Shown here one piece after another: positions 42,387 through 52,901 of a stretch of 64,000 nt of DNA. Made by a program: the position numbers and the translations under genes. The notes under the pieces were generated by a model, which was not told the DNA's origin, ran no database searches, and was given only the letters and a program-made list of their open reading frames with translations. The DNA is taken from contig CAWAUV010000009.1 of the NCBI GenBank assembly GCA_963785305.1, forward strand, positions 32,001-96,000. Reading direction: 5' to 3'. Within the stretch, counting starts at the first letter, position 1. Each line of letters opens with the position of its first letter. This DNA is from an uncultured Planctomycetaceae bacterium. GTDB lineage: Bacteria > Planctomycetota > Planctomycetia > Pirellulales > PALSA-1355.

Positions 42387-43435
42387 GCGCGCCGGGATTG
42401 TAGGCAAACTGCCGGGGGTCGATCGGCGCGTCGGTGCGCACTTCATAAAACTCAATCGCCATCAGCAGTGTGTCGACCGGCGGTGGCGCCTTCAATTTCC
42501 AGCCGCGCGCGGCGGGCAGCCGCCGCCAGAATTCGATGCGATAGGGAAACATGTCGTTACGGCCCACGAGCACCACGATGCGCTCCGGCAAATATCGCGG
42601 CAGCTTCGATACATCGAGCGGTTCGCCTTTCAGAATCGCCTCTTTCTGCTCGGGCTCCATCTCCGCGAGCCGCGCCGGTTTCCATGCGCCCGCGATCGCG
42701 AGCACCGGAAAGGCGTCGAGCTTCGCGGGCGCGACGGTCGAAAAATCGAAGTTCTGGCTCATGCCTTGCGCCAGAGCGCGGCAGGCCGCCGAGCGCCATC
42801 CAGGCGGCTTGCGGGGCGATGAGCGGCGTGGGCTGTTTTTCGAGTCTGCGCCGCAGTCTCGCGAGATCGATCGTCGAGAGCGTGGCGCCGTCGGGCATTT
42901 CCTCGTAGTTCCAGAATCGGGCGCCATCGGCCACTTGGAGCACATTGGTCGTGTGGTCACCCACTTGCATTTTGATTTCGAACCGCAGTGCGCGTTCGGC
43001 CGAGGTCGCTGGGCTCGTGGCAAGCGATTGCTGCAAATAGATACCGGAGCCGACGAGCGACTGGCCGAACTCGTCGATGCGAAAGCGAACCTTGGCCGAA
43101 ATCGATCGGCGACTCTCGATCGTCGTGACCATGTGGTCGAAGTATTGGGCCGCCGTGCCCTGGGGCTGAAACGACTCGCCGTCGACCACGGCCCGCGCGA
43201 CACGGGCCACTCGCACCGCGGGCCGCGGCTTCGGCGCGCGGGCGGGCTCGGCCATCGGTCTTGTTCCCGCGGGCAGGGTCGCCGCGGCCGCGTTCGCGGG
43301 CGCCGGCGTTGCGAGCGGTTGCCGCGCGGCCAGGGGCGCGTCGGCGGCAGCGCTCGGGCGACACTCGGCGCCGGCGCCGAGCGCCGCGCCCAGGCCCAAA
43401 ACCACGATGGAGATGCTGGGCGGCTTGTAACGCAT
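42292..43435 (-). CDS. Secreted hypothetical protein, possibly LolA-like fold (frameshift near 42777)
   Basis: Signal peptide; GSGIYLQ, LQVADGARFWNY and ALGGLP, then continuing into PERIVVLVGRNDMFPYRIEF and IDPRQFAYNP. Confidence 0.7.
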
Positions 43436-43745
43436 ATTCGGGTTTTGCCGGATTTTCCAAAGAATCGGCGGACAACGCGCCGACCATGTATTCGTAGGAA
43501 AGCGACGAGCCGCATGCCGGCCCCGCAAGGCTCGGCGAAATCGCTCGTTCGGCCCTGGGGCGGCCGGCCTCGAAGTCCGCGGGATTCTAGGTTGCTCGCG
43601 AAGTCGGGTCTATGTCAGTCCGGAACCAAGGCCGGAGGTTTTCGGCGCCCGCTGGCGCCGAGCGAAGCGCGACACGGAACCAACCACACAACGCACAAGC
43701 GCCAGGCGATCGCCCTGGTTGCCTCACAGGTTCGCCGAGGGGGGA

Positions 43746-44852
43746 ATGACGATGAAACGTAAGATGACTGCGTGCGCGCTTGCCGCCACGTTGCTAGCAG
43801 GCGGCGCCGGGTGTAGAAACTTTTACACCCCCTGGTCCAGAACCAGTTATTCCGACAACTGTCCGCATCCGGGCGGGCTTCGGCACAACGCGCCGCCGCC
43901 GGAAATGATGATGGAGCCGGGACCGGGTGTCGGCGGGCCGGGGCCCGGGGTGTTGATTCCGCCGCCCATGGCGCCCCCGATGGCGCAGGTCTCGCAAATC
44001 GTGTTTGCAAGCCCCGACGGCATGAACGTCAATTGGGACGTCGCCACGCCGGGCGCATTCGACTCCGAGCCGCTGGTCGTGCCTGGTCGCTACAATTTCA
44101 CCCAGGCGGCGATCTATCGCTTGAAGCTCTCGAATATCCCGAATCGGCCCGGCGTGGAACTGTATCCGACGCTCGAAGTCGGCATCGCCACGCCGCGAAC
44201 CGAAGCCTATCTCACGCACAACGCGATCCCGATTCAGTTCAGCGAAGAAGACTTCGATCAGGTGCAGTCGGGCAACTTCGTGACCAAAGTCATCTATCTG
44301 CCCGACGCCGAGTTCCAGGAACTGGCCCTGGCCGGAGTCGAGACCTTGGTAAGCACTCGCCTTGATCCGGGCCTCGATCCGATTGTCGAGGCCGATCGCC
44401 GGGGCACGATTCTGGCCATCATTCGCATCGGCAACATGGATTTGGAAGTGCCGCAGCCGGGCGGAGTGGCCGGAGGGCTCGTGGCCGGCGCCGGCCCCGA
44501 TGGCGGGCCGATGGCGGTCTACGGTTCGCCGCGCGGGTTTATCTCGGGAGTGACGATTCCGCCCTACGGCATGCCGATGGTCGGCACTCCGATCGGTCTG
44601 CCCGGACCGCCGCATATTCCGCTCGGTCAGCCGGCCGGCTTGCAAAAATCGGGAGTCGTGAATCACACCCACATGCATGTGCCCGGCCCGGCGACGACCT
44701 TCAATTACCACGTGAAGCAATCGCCCGGCTATAGCACTCCGTGGCCGGTGACCGACGCCTGGATCAAGCAACATGGCCGTGCGCCCGACTGCCCAAGTGA
44801 CGGGACTTGCCCGCCAGAAGCCGGCCAGGGCATGGCGCCGCCGCCGCAGTAA
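43746..44852 (+). CDS. Conserved-looking hypothetical lipoprotein
   Basis: Lipobox-like LAGGAGC and GAGGGGG RBS. The core domain is shared with the downstream gene. Confidence 0.85.
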   Translation: MTMKRKMTACALAATLLAGGAGCRNFYTPWSRTSYSDNCPHPGGLRHNAPPPEMMMEPGPGVGGPGPGVLIPPPMAPPMAQVSQIVFASPDGMNVNWDVATPGAFDSEPLVVPGRYNFTQAAIYRLKLSNIPNRPGVELYPTLEVGIATPRTEAYLTHNAIPIQFSEEDFDQVQSGNFVTKVIYLPDAEFQELALAGVETLVSTRLDPGLDPIVEADRRGTILAIIRIGNMDLEVPQPGGVAGGLVAGAGPDGGPMAVYGSPRGFISGVTIPPYGMPMVGTPIGLPGPPHIPLGQPAGLQKSGVVNHTHMHVPGPATTFNYHVKQSPGYSTPWPVTDAWIKQHGRAPDCPSDGTCPPEAGQGMAPPPQ

Positions 44853-45064
44853 TCGGCCGGGCGCATGGGGGCGGCGCGAAGCTTCGAGCAATGCTCGCGG
44901 CGTGGCGTCCGACCGCCTGGGTTGAAGTTCAACATGCGATCGCGTTGATCGAAGTATCCTTCGAAAGAAGTGGCCTTCGAAAAGCGCCGCGAATGCGACG
45001 AGTTGGACTCCGTGGCTCGAACAAAGGCTCGTCGCCTTTCATTTTTGGGGGAGCAAACACGACA

Positions 45065-45964
45065 ATGGTCCACAAGCCCCGCCTCATGACGCATCGTCTT
45101 GAGCGAGCTGCAAGCACGGCGTTGTGTGTGAGCCTGGCGTGGTTGGCGGCGGCGACGATATCGCCGGCCCAGCCGCCCGAGGTTCACTACTTCCACGCCG
45201 ACGCTATGCCACCGGGAGCGATTGGAAGCTTGCAGCTTTCGCGGGGCGGACCATTGCCGGGTTACTTTCAGCCGGTCGAGATCACGGCCCCGCCGGGCGC
45301 CAAGGTCTCGCTGGCGGTCGATGGCCAATTCGAAGCCGCCCATGGCGGCGTCACGGAAGCCGGGTTCCTGATCGGCGCCGTGTATCGCCTGCGGGTCACC
45401 AACATTCCCGACGCCGAAGCGCTCGAAGTCTATCCCACGATCGAAGTCATCGACCGGCTCTATCCGCCGGTGGGCCTCGAAGGCCGGTTCCCGATCACGA
45501 TCGAACTAGCCGCCGACGATCTGCAACTGGCGCTCGACGGCAAGTTCGTCACGCGAGTCGTCTATCTCGAAGAGCCGCTCGATGCGCTGGCCGTGGCCGA
45601 GCAGCCGCGGCAGCAAGAGGCGTTTCAAGTGAGGCCGGGCGAAAATCCGCTCGACATCGCCGATCGCCTGGGTCGCCCGATGGCGATCGTGCGCATGGGC
45701 GGACTGCTGCCGAGCGCCGACGGGCCCGACGCGACATTTCTCTTTGGCTCGCCGCCATTTCTTCGCTTTGAAATGCCCGCCGGCGCCGCCGCCGCTCAAG
45801 CCGCGCGAGCCGCGGCGAGCAAAGCCAGCACGCAAACCACCGGCCCCGGCCAATCGCCGGCCGCGGCCACGCCGCTCGCGCGAGCGCCGCTACCGACGGC
45901 GCCGAGCAAACACTCGCGCCTCGATCTGCGCAATGCCTTTCGCCCCCGAGAGACCACGCGATGA
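45065..45964 (+). CDS. Secreted hypothetical protein, paralogous domain to the upstream lipoprotein
   Basis: Signal peptide ending ISPA-Q; YRLRVTNIP...VYPTIEV...GKFVTRVVYL...ADRLGRPMAIVRMG. Confidence 0.85.
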   Translation: MVHKPRLMTHRLERAASTALCVSLAWLAAATISPAQPPEVHYFHADAMPPGAIGSLQLSRGGPLPGYFQPVEITAPPGAKVSLAVDGQFEAAHGGVTEAGFLIGAVYRLRVTNIPDAEALEVYPTIEVIDRLYPPVGLEGRFPITIELAADDLQLALDGKFVTRVVYLEEPLDALAVAEQPRQQEAFQVRPGENPLDIADRLGRPMAIVRMGGLLPSADGPDATFLFGSPPFLRFEMPAGAAAAQAARAAASKASTQTTGPGQSPAAATPLARAPLPTAPSKHSRLDLRNAFRPRETTR

Positions 45965-47208
45965 CGCTTAGCCCGATGTTCACGGCCCGGTGTCGCGCGG
46001 CGGCGCGGCGCTCGTCGCTCGCGCTGATCGCCCTGGCCACGATCTCGTTTTGTTCCTGCCACTCCGGCGGCGCGAGCGGCTGGATGGCCGGCGGCGTCGC
46101 GGGCGCTCCGGGTGGATATCCGGCCGGCGGCCAGCAAATGGCTTCGACCTACACCTCGGGTGGCCTCGCGACTGGCGGCGCGGCCACGGCGACGATGATG
46201 GCTCCGCCCGAGCGATCGCTGTTTGGCATCGCGATGCCGCCGGCTCCGCTACCGCAAACGATTGTCTCGCCCTGGGCGCCGCCGGGCATTTCGCTTCCCT
46301 GGCCCCACGATGAATACCTCGCCGATGGCGGCGACAAGGAAGTGCCGGTCACGGTCAACGCCCAAGGACAAGTCAACGGCCTGGAGCTCGAAGACACGAT
46401 CGTGCATTTCGACACGCTCGACGGACGCACTCTGGTCGAGCCCTCGAATCGCGTGAATATCTATGCCCCGCGTTTCGCCGCCGTGCGCGCCGTGGAAGAG
46501 ACACGTTCGAGCAAGCGGCGCGACCAGATCGAAGCCTCGCACGCGCCGGTCGGGCCGCAAGTGGAAATCGACCGCTGGGTCGCGACGACCGCCATGCAGC
46601 CGGTGCAGCCGATCGACGATACCGGCGTCAGACAGGTGTCGATCGCGCATTTGCGGCAGGGCCAGAGCATTTTGCTCGCCCGCGAGTTTCCCAACGCCGC
46701 GCAAAATCGCGTGAGCGCCCACGAGGACTTCGAGATCATTCGGCTCGGCACGTTCGACGAAACCGAAAAGGTCCGGCTCATGGAGAGCGTCGACGCCGCG
46801 ATCACCTGGGAGGGCGATCAGGCGTTGCAAGTGGTGATCGATCGCGTGGAGGCCAAGGTCGACACCGGCGATCAGAAGGCCGAACAGACTTACCGCGTCG
46901 ACACGCCGCAAAATCCACGGCTCCGGGTCGTGAAAGTCGCCTCGACGAATCAGGCTCGGCCGGGCGATGTGGTGGACTTCACCATTCGCTACGACAACAT
47001 GGGCGACGCGCCGATCGGCAATGTGACGCTCATCGACAACCTCACGACGCGGCTGGAATATGTCGAAGGATCGGCCAAGAGCAGCCGCGACGCCGCCTTC
47101 TTCGCCGATCCCAATGCCGGCGACTCGCTGGCCTTGCGCTGGGAATTCGCCGAACCGCTCGACCCGGGACAAGGCGGCTTGGTGCGATTCCAATGCCGAG
47201 TGCGGTAG
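45961..47208 (+). CDS. DUF11 domain-containing lipoprotein
   Basis: ISFCSC lipobox-like; C-terminal [17 protein letters not shown]...[18 protein letters not shown]...LRWE...GGLVRF. ATGA overlap with the previous gene. Confidence 0.85.
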   Translation: MTLSPMFTARCRAAARRSSLALIALATISFCSCHSGGASGWMAGGVAGAPGGYPAGGQQMASTYTSGGLATGGAATATMMAPPERSLFGIAMPPAPLPQTIVSPWAPPGISLPWPHDEYLADGGDKEVPVTVNAQGQVNGLELEDTIVHFDTLDGRTLVEPSNRVNIYAPRFAAVRAVEETRSSKRRDQIEASHAPVGPQVEIDRWVATTAMQPVQPIDDTGVRQVSIAHLRQGQSILLAREFPNAAQNRVSAHEDFEIIRLGTFDETEKVRLMESVDAAITWEGDQALQVVIDRVEAKVDTGDQKAEQTYRVDTPQNPRLRVVKVASTNQARPGDVVDFTIRYDNMGDAPIGNVTLIDNLTTRLEYVEGSAKSSRDAAFFADPNAGDSLALRWEFAEPLDPGQGGLVRFQCRVR

Positions 47209-47286
47209 CGCGAGCGATCCTCCACCGCCCGAATCGCGAGGGCCGGGCGCCATTGACAACGCCTTCTGGGCGGGCAACGATAAATC

Positions 47287-47329
47287 GAAGCCCCAGACCG
47301 CGCCGCGCGTCGTCTGGGGTTCGTTTTTT
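47287..47329 (+). terminator. Intrinsic terminator (or attenuator upstream of aroF)
   Basis: GAAGCCCCAGAC...GTCTGGGGTTC stem followed by GTTTTTT. Confidence 0.7.
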
Positions 47330-47444
47330 CGGGTGCGTTTTTTCGCGCGGCGCCGCGGGCCCCTCGGGCCAATGGCGCCCCCGACGCCACGAACGAGCCC
47401 CCTATCCTTCCCTGACTTTTCCTACTCTCCCGGAGTGCGTGACC

Positions 47445-48470
47445 GTGATCGTCGTGATGAAGAAAGACGCCTCGAAGCAAGATGTGCGGCAAATGGTCGA
47501 GCGGATCGAGACCCTGGGGCTCAAGGCCCATGTGATCGTGGGCGACGAACGCACCGTGATCGCGGCCGTGGGCGACGATCGAAAAACACACAAGGACTCA
47601 CTCGAAAGCGGGCCCGGCGTGGCGGAAGTGCTGCCGATACTCGCGCCCTACAAAGTCGCCAGCATCGAACTCAAAAGCGAGCCGACCGTGGTGCGAGCCC
47701 TCGAATTCTCGGCCGGTAATGGAAACCTGGGCGTGATCGCCGGCCCTTGCTCGGTCGAAACCGAGGAACAGATTCTCGCCAGCGCCCAAGCGGTCAAGGC
47801 GGCGGGCGCCACCGCCCTGCGCGGCGGCGCGTATAAACCGCGCACCAGCCCCTATAGCTTTCAGGGCCTCAAGGAAGAGGGCCTCAAGATGCTCGCCGCC
47901 GCGCGCAATGAAACCGGGCTCGCCGTGGTGACCGAAGTCGTGGCCAGCGAAGATGTCGAGCTCGTGGCCCGCTATGCCGACGTGCTCCAAGTCGGCGCCC
48001 GCAATATGCAGAACTATCGGTTGCTCGAAGCCGTGGGCAAGGTCGACCGGGCGGTGTTGCTCAAGCGCGGTCCGAGCGCCACGATGGAGGAGTTGTTGCT
48101 GGCGGCCGAATACATTCTCGACGCGGGCAATCCGAATGTGATGCTGTGCGAGCGCGGCATTCGCACCTTCGAGAGCCACACCCGGTTCACGCTGCCGCTG
48201 GCCAGCGTGGTGTATTTACACTCGAAGACCCACTTGCCGGTGGTGGTCGATCCGAGCCACGGCACGGGGCATGCGTATCTCGTGCCGCAAATGGCGGCGG
48301 CCAGCGTGGCGGCGGGGGCCGATGGTCTCATTATCGAAGTGCATCCCGACCCGGCTAGCGCCAAGAGCGACGGCTACCAATCGCTCGACTTCAAGCAATT
48401 CCGCGAAACGATGGAGCTCTGCGGCAAAGTAGCCGCGGCAATCGGCAAACGAATGAACGCGAGCTTGTGA
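47445..48470 (+). CDS. aroF: 3-deoxy-7-phosphoheptulonate (DAHP) synthase, class I-beta with N-terminal ACT-like domain
   Basis: VIVVMK start; [60 protein letters not shown]. Confidence 0.96.
   Translation: MIVVMKKDASKQDVRQMVERIETLGLKAHVIVGDERTVIAAVGDDRKTHKDSLESGPGVAEVLPILAPYKVASIELKSEPTVVRALEFSAGNGNLGVIAGPCSVETEEQILASAQAVKAAGATALRGGAYKPRTSPYSFQGLKEEGLKMLAAARNETGLAVVTEVVASEDVELVARYADVLQVGARNMQNYRLLEAVGKVDRAVLLKRGPSATMEELLLAAEYILDAGNPNVMLCERGIRTFESHTRFTLPLASVVYLHSKTHLPVVVDPSHGTGHAYLVPQMAAASVAAGADGLIIEVHPDPASAKSDGYQSLDFKQFRETMELCGKVAAAIGKRMNASL
48299..48464 (+). repeat. Left copy of a ~166-bp direct repeat (aroF 3' end)
   Basis: Ungapped match to 49369-49534 with 17 mismatches by hand count. 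Confidence 0.95.
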
Positions 48471-48665
48471 ACACGCTTGTGAACAGATCGGGCGCTGCGG
48501 CGCCATTCGCCGCGCTCCGAAACGGAAGCGGCGTGTTTCATTCAATGCTTCGTGCACGACGCCGTGCGCGACCAAGGCGATCGCCAAGCCCGTTCTCGGC
48601 CCGGCCGCAAGGGCGAAGTTCCAGGCTTTGTCGACGATCGGTTACCGGTCGTTGTTGCTCATGAA

Positions 48666-49052
48666 TTACCAGAGCCTCGTCACGCCGTATGCGTCAAATT
48701 GTGAGTCGGCGCTGACAATGGGCATGTTCTCCGTCATCGCCTGGGCGACCAGCAGTCGGTCGAACGGGTCTTTGTGATGCGAATCCATCGTTGTCAGCAA
48801 GGCGGTATGCTTCGGCAGAATGGGCAGAATCGAAAAATCGTTGGAGGAAATTTGCGTATCCATGAACGATTGGTACGGCTGGGGCAGCGAATATTTGCCC
48901 AGCCTGATTTTGATGGCGATCTCCCAGTAGCTCGCCGGGCTGATCGCGATTTCATGTGTCGGATCGGCGATCATAATTTTCGCCGACTCATTCAACCGCG
49001 GATCATCGAGAATGAACCAGAGAAACGCATGGGTGTCGAGCAAGACCCTCAT
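48666..49052 (-). CDS. vapC: VapC-type PIN domain toxin
   Basis: MRVLLDTHAFLW, ISPASYWEIAIK, HHKDPFDRLLVAQA, VSADSQF..YGV..LW. Confidence 0.95.
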   Translation of the reverse strand: MRVLLDTHAFLWFILDDPRLNESAKIMIADPTHEIAISPASYWEIAIKIRLGKYSLPQPYQSFMDTQISSNDFSILPILPKHTALLTTMDSHHKDPFDRLLVAQAMTENMPIVSADSQFDAYGVTRLW

Positions 49053-49279
49053 TCCATGTACTCCTCGAATCCATTCAAGTGTTCATCGTCTTCGAATAGA
49101 ATCGTCAGCAGCCCCTTGGCGCTGCCTGTCTTTCGCGGTAGGCGTTTCGGCGGTTCTTCGGCGAGCAAACGGGCAATGGGTTGCCGATCGCGAGTAATCA
49201 CCAGTTCTTCGCCCGCCGCTAAATGGGCAATTAGCTCTGGCAGTTTGGCCTGGGCTTCCTCGATGGTCACGGTTGTCAT
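49049..49279 (-). CDS. Antitoxin, Phd/YefM-like
   Basis: MTTVTIEEAQAKLPELI...GEELVITR...PIARL...GSAKG...FEEYME; 4-bp overlap with the toxin. Confidence 0.9.
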   Translation of the reverse strand: MTTVTIEEAQAKLPELIAHLAAGEELVITRDRQPIARLLAEEPPKRLPRKTGSAKGLLTILFEDDEHLNGFEEYME

Positions 49280-49368
49280 GTTCACTCCCGCAGTGCTTTC
49301 TAGGTTGACGAACGCCGACGAACACGGGTTCGCGTTTCGCCCGATGTTTTGATTTTACCACGAATTCG

Positions 49369-49558
49369 GGCCAGCGTGGCCACTGGCGCCGATGGCCTCA
49401 TTATCGAAGCGCATCCCGACCCGGCCAGTGCCCATCGCGCCGGCTACCAATCGCTCGACTTCAAGCAGTTCCGAGAAACGATGGAGCTCCGCGACAAAGT
49501 GGCCGCGGCAATCGGCAAACGAATGAACGCGAGCAAGCGTGGACTCGGCTCGCGGTAA
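49369..49558 (+). pseudogene. Displaced, degenerate 3' fragment of aroF (right copy of the direct repeat)
   Basis: Translates [34 protein letters not shown]...; the conserved SDGxQ is changed to RAGYQ. Confidence 0.85.
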
Positions 49559-49605
49559 GAAATGCCGACCGCCATGCGTGGATCGGTGAGCTCAGAGCGC
49601 CGAGC

Positions 49606-50703
49606 TCAGAACAGATACAGCAGCGGGAACAGGAAGATCCACACCAGGTCGACGAAGTGCCAGTAGAGGCCGATGTTTTCGATGCAGCCGGCCCAGGCTA
49701 TGCCAAGCTCGAAGGGCAGCAGGATCGCGAACACCACGAGGCCGATCGCCACATGCAGTGCATGGAAACCGGTCAGCAAGAAGTAAGTGTTCACCCACAT
49801 GTTGCCGCCGGGGATTCGCACCGGTAGCCGCAGCGCGGGATATTTATCGTTGAGACCCTCGGGCTCGGCCGACGAATGGCCATCGTGATCGGCGTGCCCG
49901 GCGCCCGGCGCGGCCTCGTGCGGCGGAGTGACCAACTCGGCCACTTCCTCCATCGCCAAGCGCCGATCGAGCGGGTCGTCGCCCGACACGGCTCGCCGCT
50001 CGAGCGTTTCCACTTGCTTGAGCAGCGACTTGGCTTCGTCGGCAAAGGACTGCTCGGCGGCCGACTTGTCGGGCCGCGCGTCGGCTTCGGCCACCACGGT
50101 GCTCAATCGCTGCCGCACGGCGGCGACATAGTAGAGGTCGGCGCACTCGTAAATCGGGCTGTGGGCCTTTTCATAGAGATCGCTTCGCGCGTCGCGGCGC
50201 GGGTACAGGCCATGCACGAACTTGGCGTTGTATTCATAGGCCTTAATGCCCAGGAACAACGCGCCAAGGGCGAAGGTCGCCAAAATCCAAAGCTTGGCCG
50301 ACCGAGCTCGATTGGCCCGCGCGGCTTCGAGCCCGAGCACCACCGAGACGCTCGACGAGATCAGCACGAATGTGTTCAGGGCGCCGATCGCCTCGACCAA
50401 ATGCATCTGGTGGGGGCGCGGCCACGCCGGAGCGCCGAAGCGAAACACGATGTAGGCCCCGATCAGGGCCGAGAAAAACATGATCTCGGTCGAAAGAAAC
50501 AGCCACACGAAGAGCTTCGCCGGAGCGAGCGGCAGCGCGTAGTGATAGCGCAGGGCGACCGCGGCATGGTGGCCGCCCGGCTTCTCGGCGTGAGCGGGCT
50601 CCACGGCGCCCGGGGCGGCGGACGCGGCGGCCGGGAGCGACTTGTGGCCGGGGTCGTGGGTATCCAAGGCTTGCTTTCCGAACTGAAGCGGCCGACGACT
50701 CAA
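49606..50703 (-). CDS. Cytochrome c oxidase subunit III with a large soluble insertion
   Basis: [52 protein letters not shown]. Confidence 0.93.
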   Translation of the reverse strand: MSRRPLQFGKQALDTHDPGHKSLPAAASAAPGAVEPAHAEKPGGHHAAVALRYHYALPLAPAKLFVWLFLSTEIMFFSALIGAYIVFRFGAPAWPRPHQMHLVEAIGALNTFVLISSSVSVVLGLEAARANRARSAKLWILATFALGALFLGIKAYEYNAKFVHGLYPRRDARSDLYEKAHSPIYECADLYYVAAVRQRLSTVVAEADARPDKSAAEQSFADEAKSLLKQVETLERRAVSGDDPLDRRLAMEEVAELVTPPHEAAPGAGHADHDGHSSAEPEGLNDKYPALRLPVRIPGGNMWVNTYFLLTGFHALHVAIGLVVFAILLPFELGIAWAGCIENIGLYWHFVDLVWIFLFPLLYLF

Positions 50704-50774
50704 ACGCCGGGCTCATGAAAAAATTCGTGACTCGGCGCTGAAACGCGCCAAAACTTTGATCGACGGTCGACGGC

Positions 50775-51689
50775 TCACCACCGCCAGACCATCAGCGGGC
50801 CGAGAGTGAGCACCGCCAGCACTGCCGGCAGGTAGACGAGGCTCGCTCGCAGCAGGCGCCGCGCCGTGCGCTCGTCGCGGTCGAGCATAAACGCCAAGGC
50901 GCAGGCCAATTGCCCGAGCCCCAGCGCCAAAATCGCTCCGCCGAGCCATAGGCCGGAATTCGTATGCAGCACCGAAACCAAGCTCACGGGCAACAAGGTC
51001 CAGGCCGAGAGCACCGCCTGAGCGCCGGCCCGGCGGCCCGAGGGATCGACCACCGGCAGCATTCGCATTCCGGCGGCTTCATATTGCCCGCGATACAGCC
51101 AAGCGATCGCCATGAAATGGGGGAACTGCCACAAATACACGGTGAGAAAAAGCCCACAGGCTTTCAAATCGAGCGGAGCGCCCACACTGGTCCAACCGAT
51201 GAGCACCGGTAGCGCTCCGGCCACGGCGCCCACGGCGGTGTTGGCCGGAGTGCGGCTTTTCAGCGGCGTATAGATCACCACATAGCAGAGCCATGTCAAG
51301 AAGCCCATCGTGGCGGTGACGGGATTGACGGCGATCGCGAGCTCCGCGAGCCCGGCGATGATCGTGGCCCCGCCGAAGGCGAGCACCTGCCAGCTCGCGA
51401 GCCGGCCGGCCGGCAGTGGGCGATCGGCGGTGCGCGGCATGCGGGCGTCGGCCTCGCGCTCGATCCATTGGTTGAGCGCGCTGGCGCTGGCGGCCACGAG
51501 CGTGGTGCCCAAGAGAGTGTGCCAAAGCAAGACGCCGCCGGGAGCGCGTCCGGCGGCCAGCATCGCGGCCACGACCACGGTCACGAGCACCAAAGTGGCG
51601 ATGCGCGGTTTGGTGAGCTCGAGATAATCGGCGAGCGTGGCCCGCCAAGTGACTCGCCTCGCCTCGTAGACCAGCGTCGTGGAGATCAT
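50775..51689 (-). CDS. ctaB: Heme o synthase (protoheme IX farnesyltransferase), in frame with upstream ctaA
   Basis: LELTKPRI, NQWIEREADARMPRTADRPLPAG, YTPLKSR, WQFPHFMAIAW. Has its own ATG at 51689 after GAGGGAG. Confidence 0.92.
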   Translation of the reverse strand: MISTTLVYEARRVTWRATLADYLELTKPRIATLVLVTVVVAAMLAAGRAPGGVLLWHTLLGTTLVAASASALNQWIEREADARMPRTADRPLPAGRLASWQVLAFGGATIIAGLAELAIAVNPVTATMGFLTWLCYVVIYTPLKSRTPANTAVGAVAGALPVLIGWTSVGAPLDLKACGLFLTVYLWQFPHFMAIAWLYRGQYEAAGMRMLPVVDPSGRRAGAQAVLSAWTLLPVSLVSVLHTNSGLWLGGAILALGLGQLACALAFMLDRDERTARRLLRASLVYLPAVLAVLTLGPLMVWRW

Positions 51690-52823
51690 GCCACGTTCTC
51701 CCTCGGATTGGGCGTTTCCCGCTCGCATTCGGCGGCCGCGCGCCAATCGCGCGAGCCGCAGGGTTACTAGCACCGAAGTCGCCACGATTAATGAACCCAC
51801 GGCCACGTGTCCGGTAATGATCCAGGCTTGCAGGCGACTGGCCCCGCGCACCGTGAAGCCATCGGTCAACGATGGACCGAGGATTCCCGCGAGCCAGCGG
51901 GGCCAGCCATATTTCAAAATCCAGGTTCCCAGCCCGAGCGCCAATTGCGTCACGACGAGCATCGCAAGAGCGGTCGCCGGCCGCAAGAGCCAGCCCCGCC
52001 ACCGGCGCCAATCGTCGCCCGCGGCCGCGCGCGGCAACCGCGCGATCCGCAGGGTAAGCCATAGGATATCAAACGCCACGAGGAAGGCTACCGCCACATG
52101 GAGCCAAACCGCGATTCGGAATCCGGTCGGCGTCATCATGAGGGAAAGATGCCGCAAAGTCGCGCCCAGCACCAGTTGCACATAGGCCAGGGCGGCGGTG
52201 GCGCCGGCCAAGCGGGCCAAGCCGGCCAGCCGCTCGCCCCCGACCCGGTTGTCCGCCCTCGGCGCCTCGCCCCAGGAGCGAGATTCGCATACCGCGAGGG
52301 CCACGCCAAACCCGAAAAAGGCCGGGCCAAAGCAGCCGTGGACGCGGGCCAGGGTCACGGCGTCGAAATCGACCCGCATCGCCCCCAACACGCCCTGAAA
52401 AACCACTCCGCCCAGGGCGCCCAGGGCCGCGAACCCCATCCAGCGGCGCCCGTCGCACAGCCAAGCCGAGACACAAAAGCCGATCGTCATGAGGCCGACC
52501 GTGGTTGCCCAAAGCCGGTGGCCATGTTCGATAAACAGGTCCCAGGGCGCCGCAAGCCACATATGGAGCGGATAGGTGAATAAACGGTAACCGTAGGTGG
52601 AAAACCCCTCGGGCGCCGCCATGCCGGCTTTGGTGGTGGTGACAAGGCCACCGATGAAAATCAACGGAAAGGTGGCGCAAACCATCGCCACGGCGAAACG
52701 ATGCGGCCAGCGGCTCGCGCCCATACAAGCCGACGCCGCTCGACGCCCGACGCCGGCGCGCGAGCCATCGGTGGCGGCGCTGGTGGCGAGCTCGGTTTTC
52801 GCGGCGATATCGGCTTTCAACAT
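51690..52823 (-). CDS. ctaA: Heme A synthase (COX15/CtaA); no stop before ctaB in this sequence
   Basis: IGGLVTTTKAGMA, EHGHRL, QGVLGAMRV...HG, QLVLGA..RH, TGHVAVG. Confidence 0.88.
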
Positions 52824-52901
52824 GAACTCGCGTTTCTTGGCGCACGGGATCAGCGGCGGACCTACGAGCGGGCTCGGTAACCCGATCGCGCTCGCGCGCG
52901 A

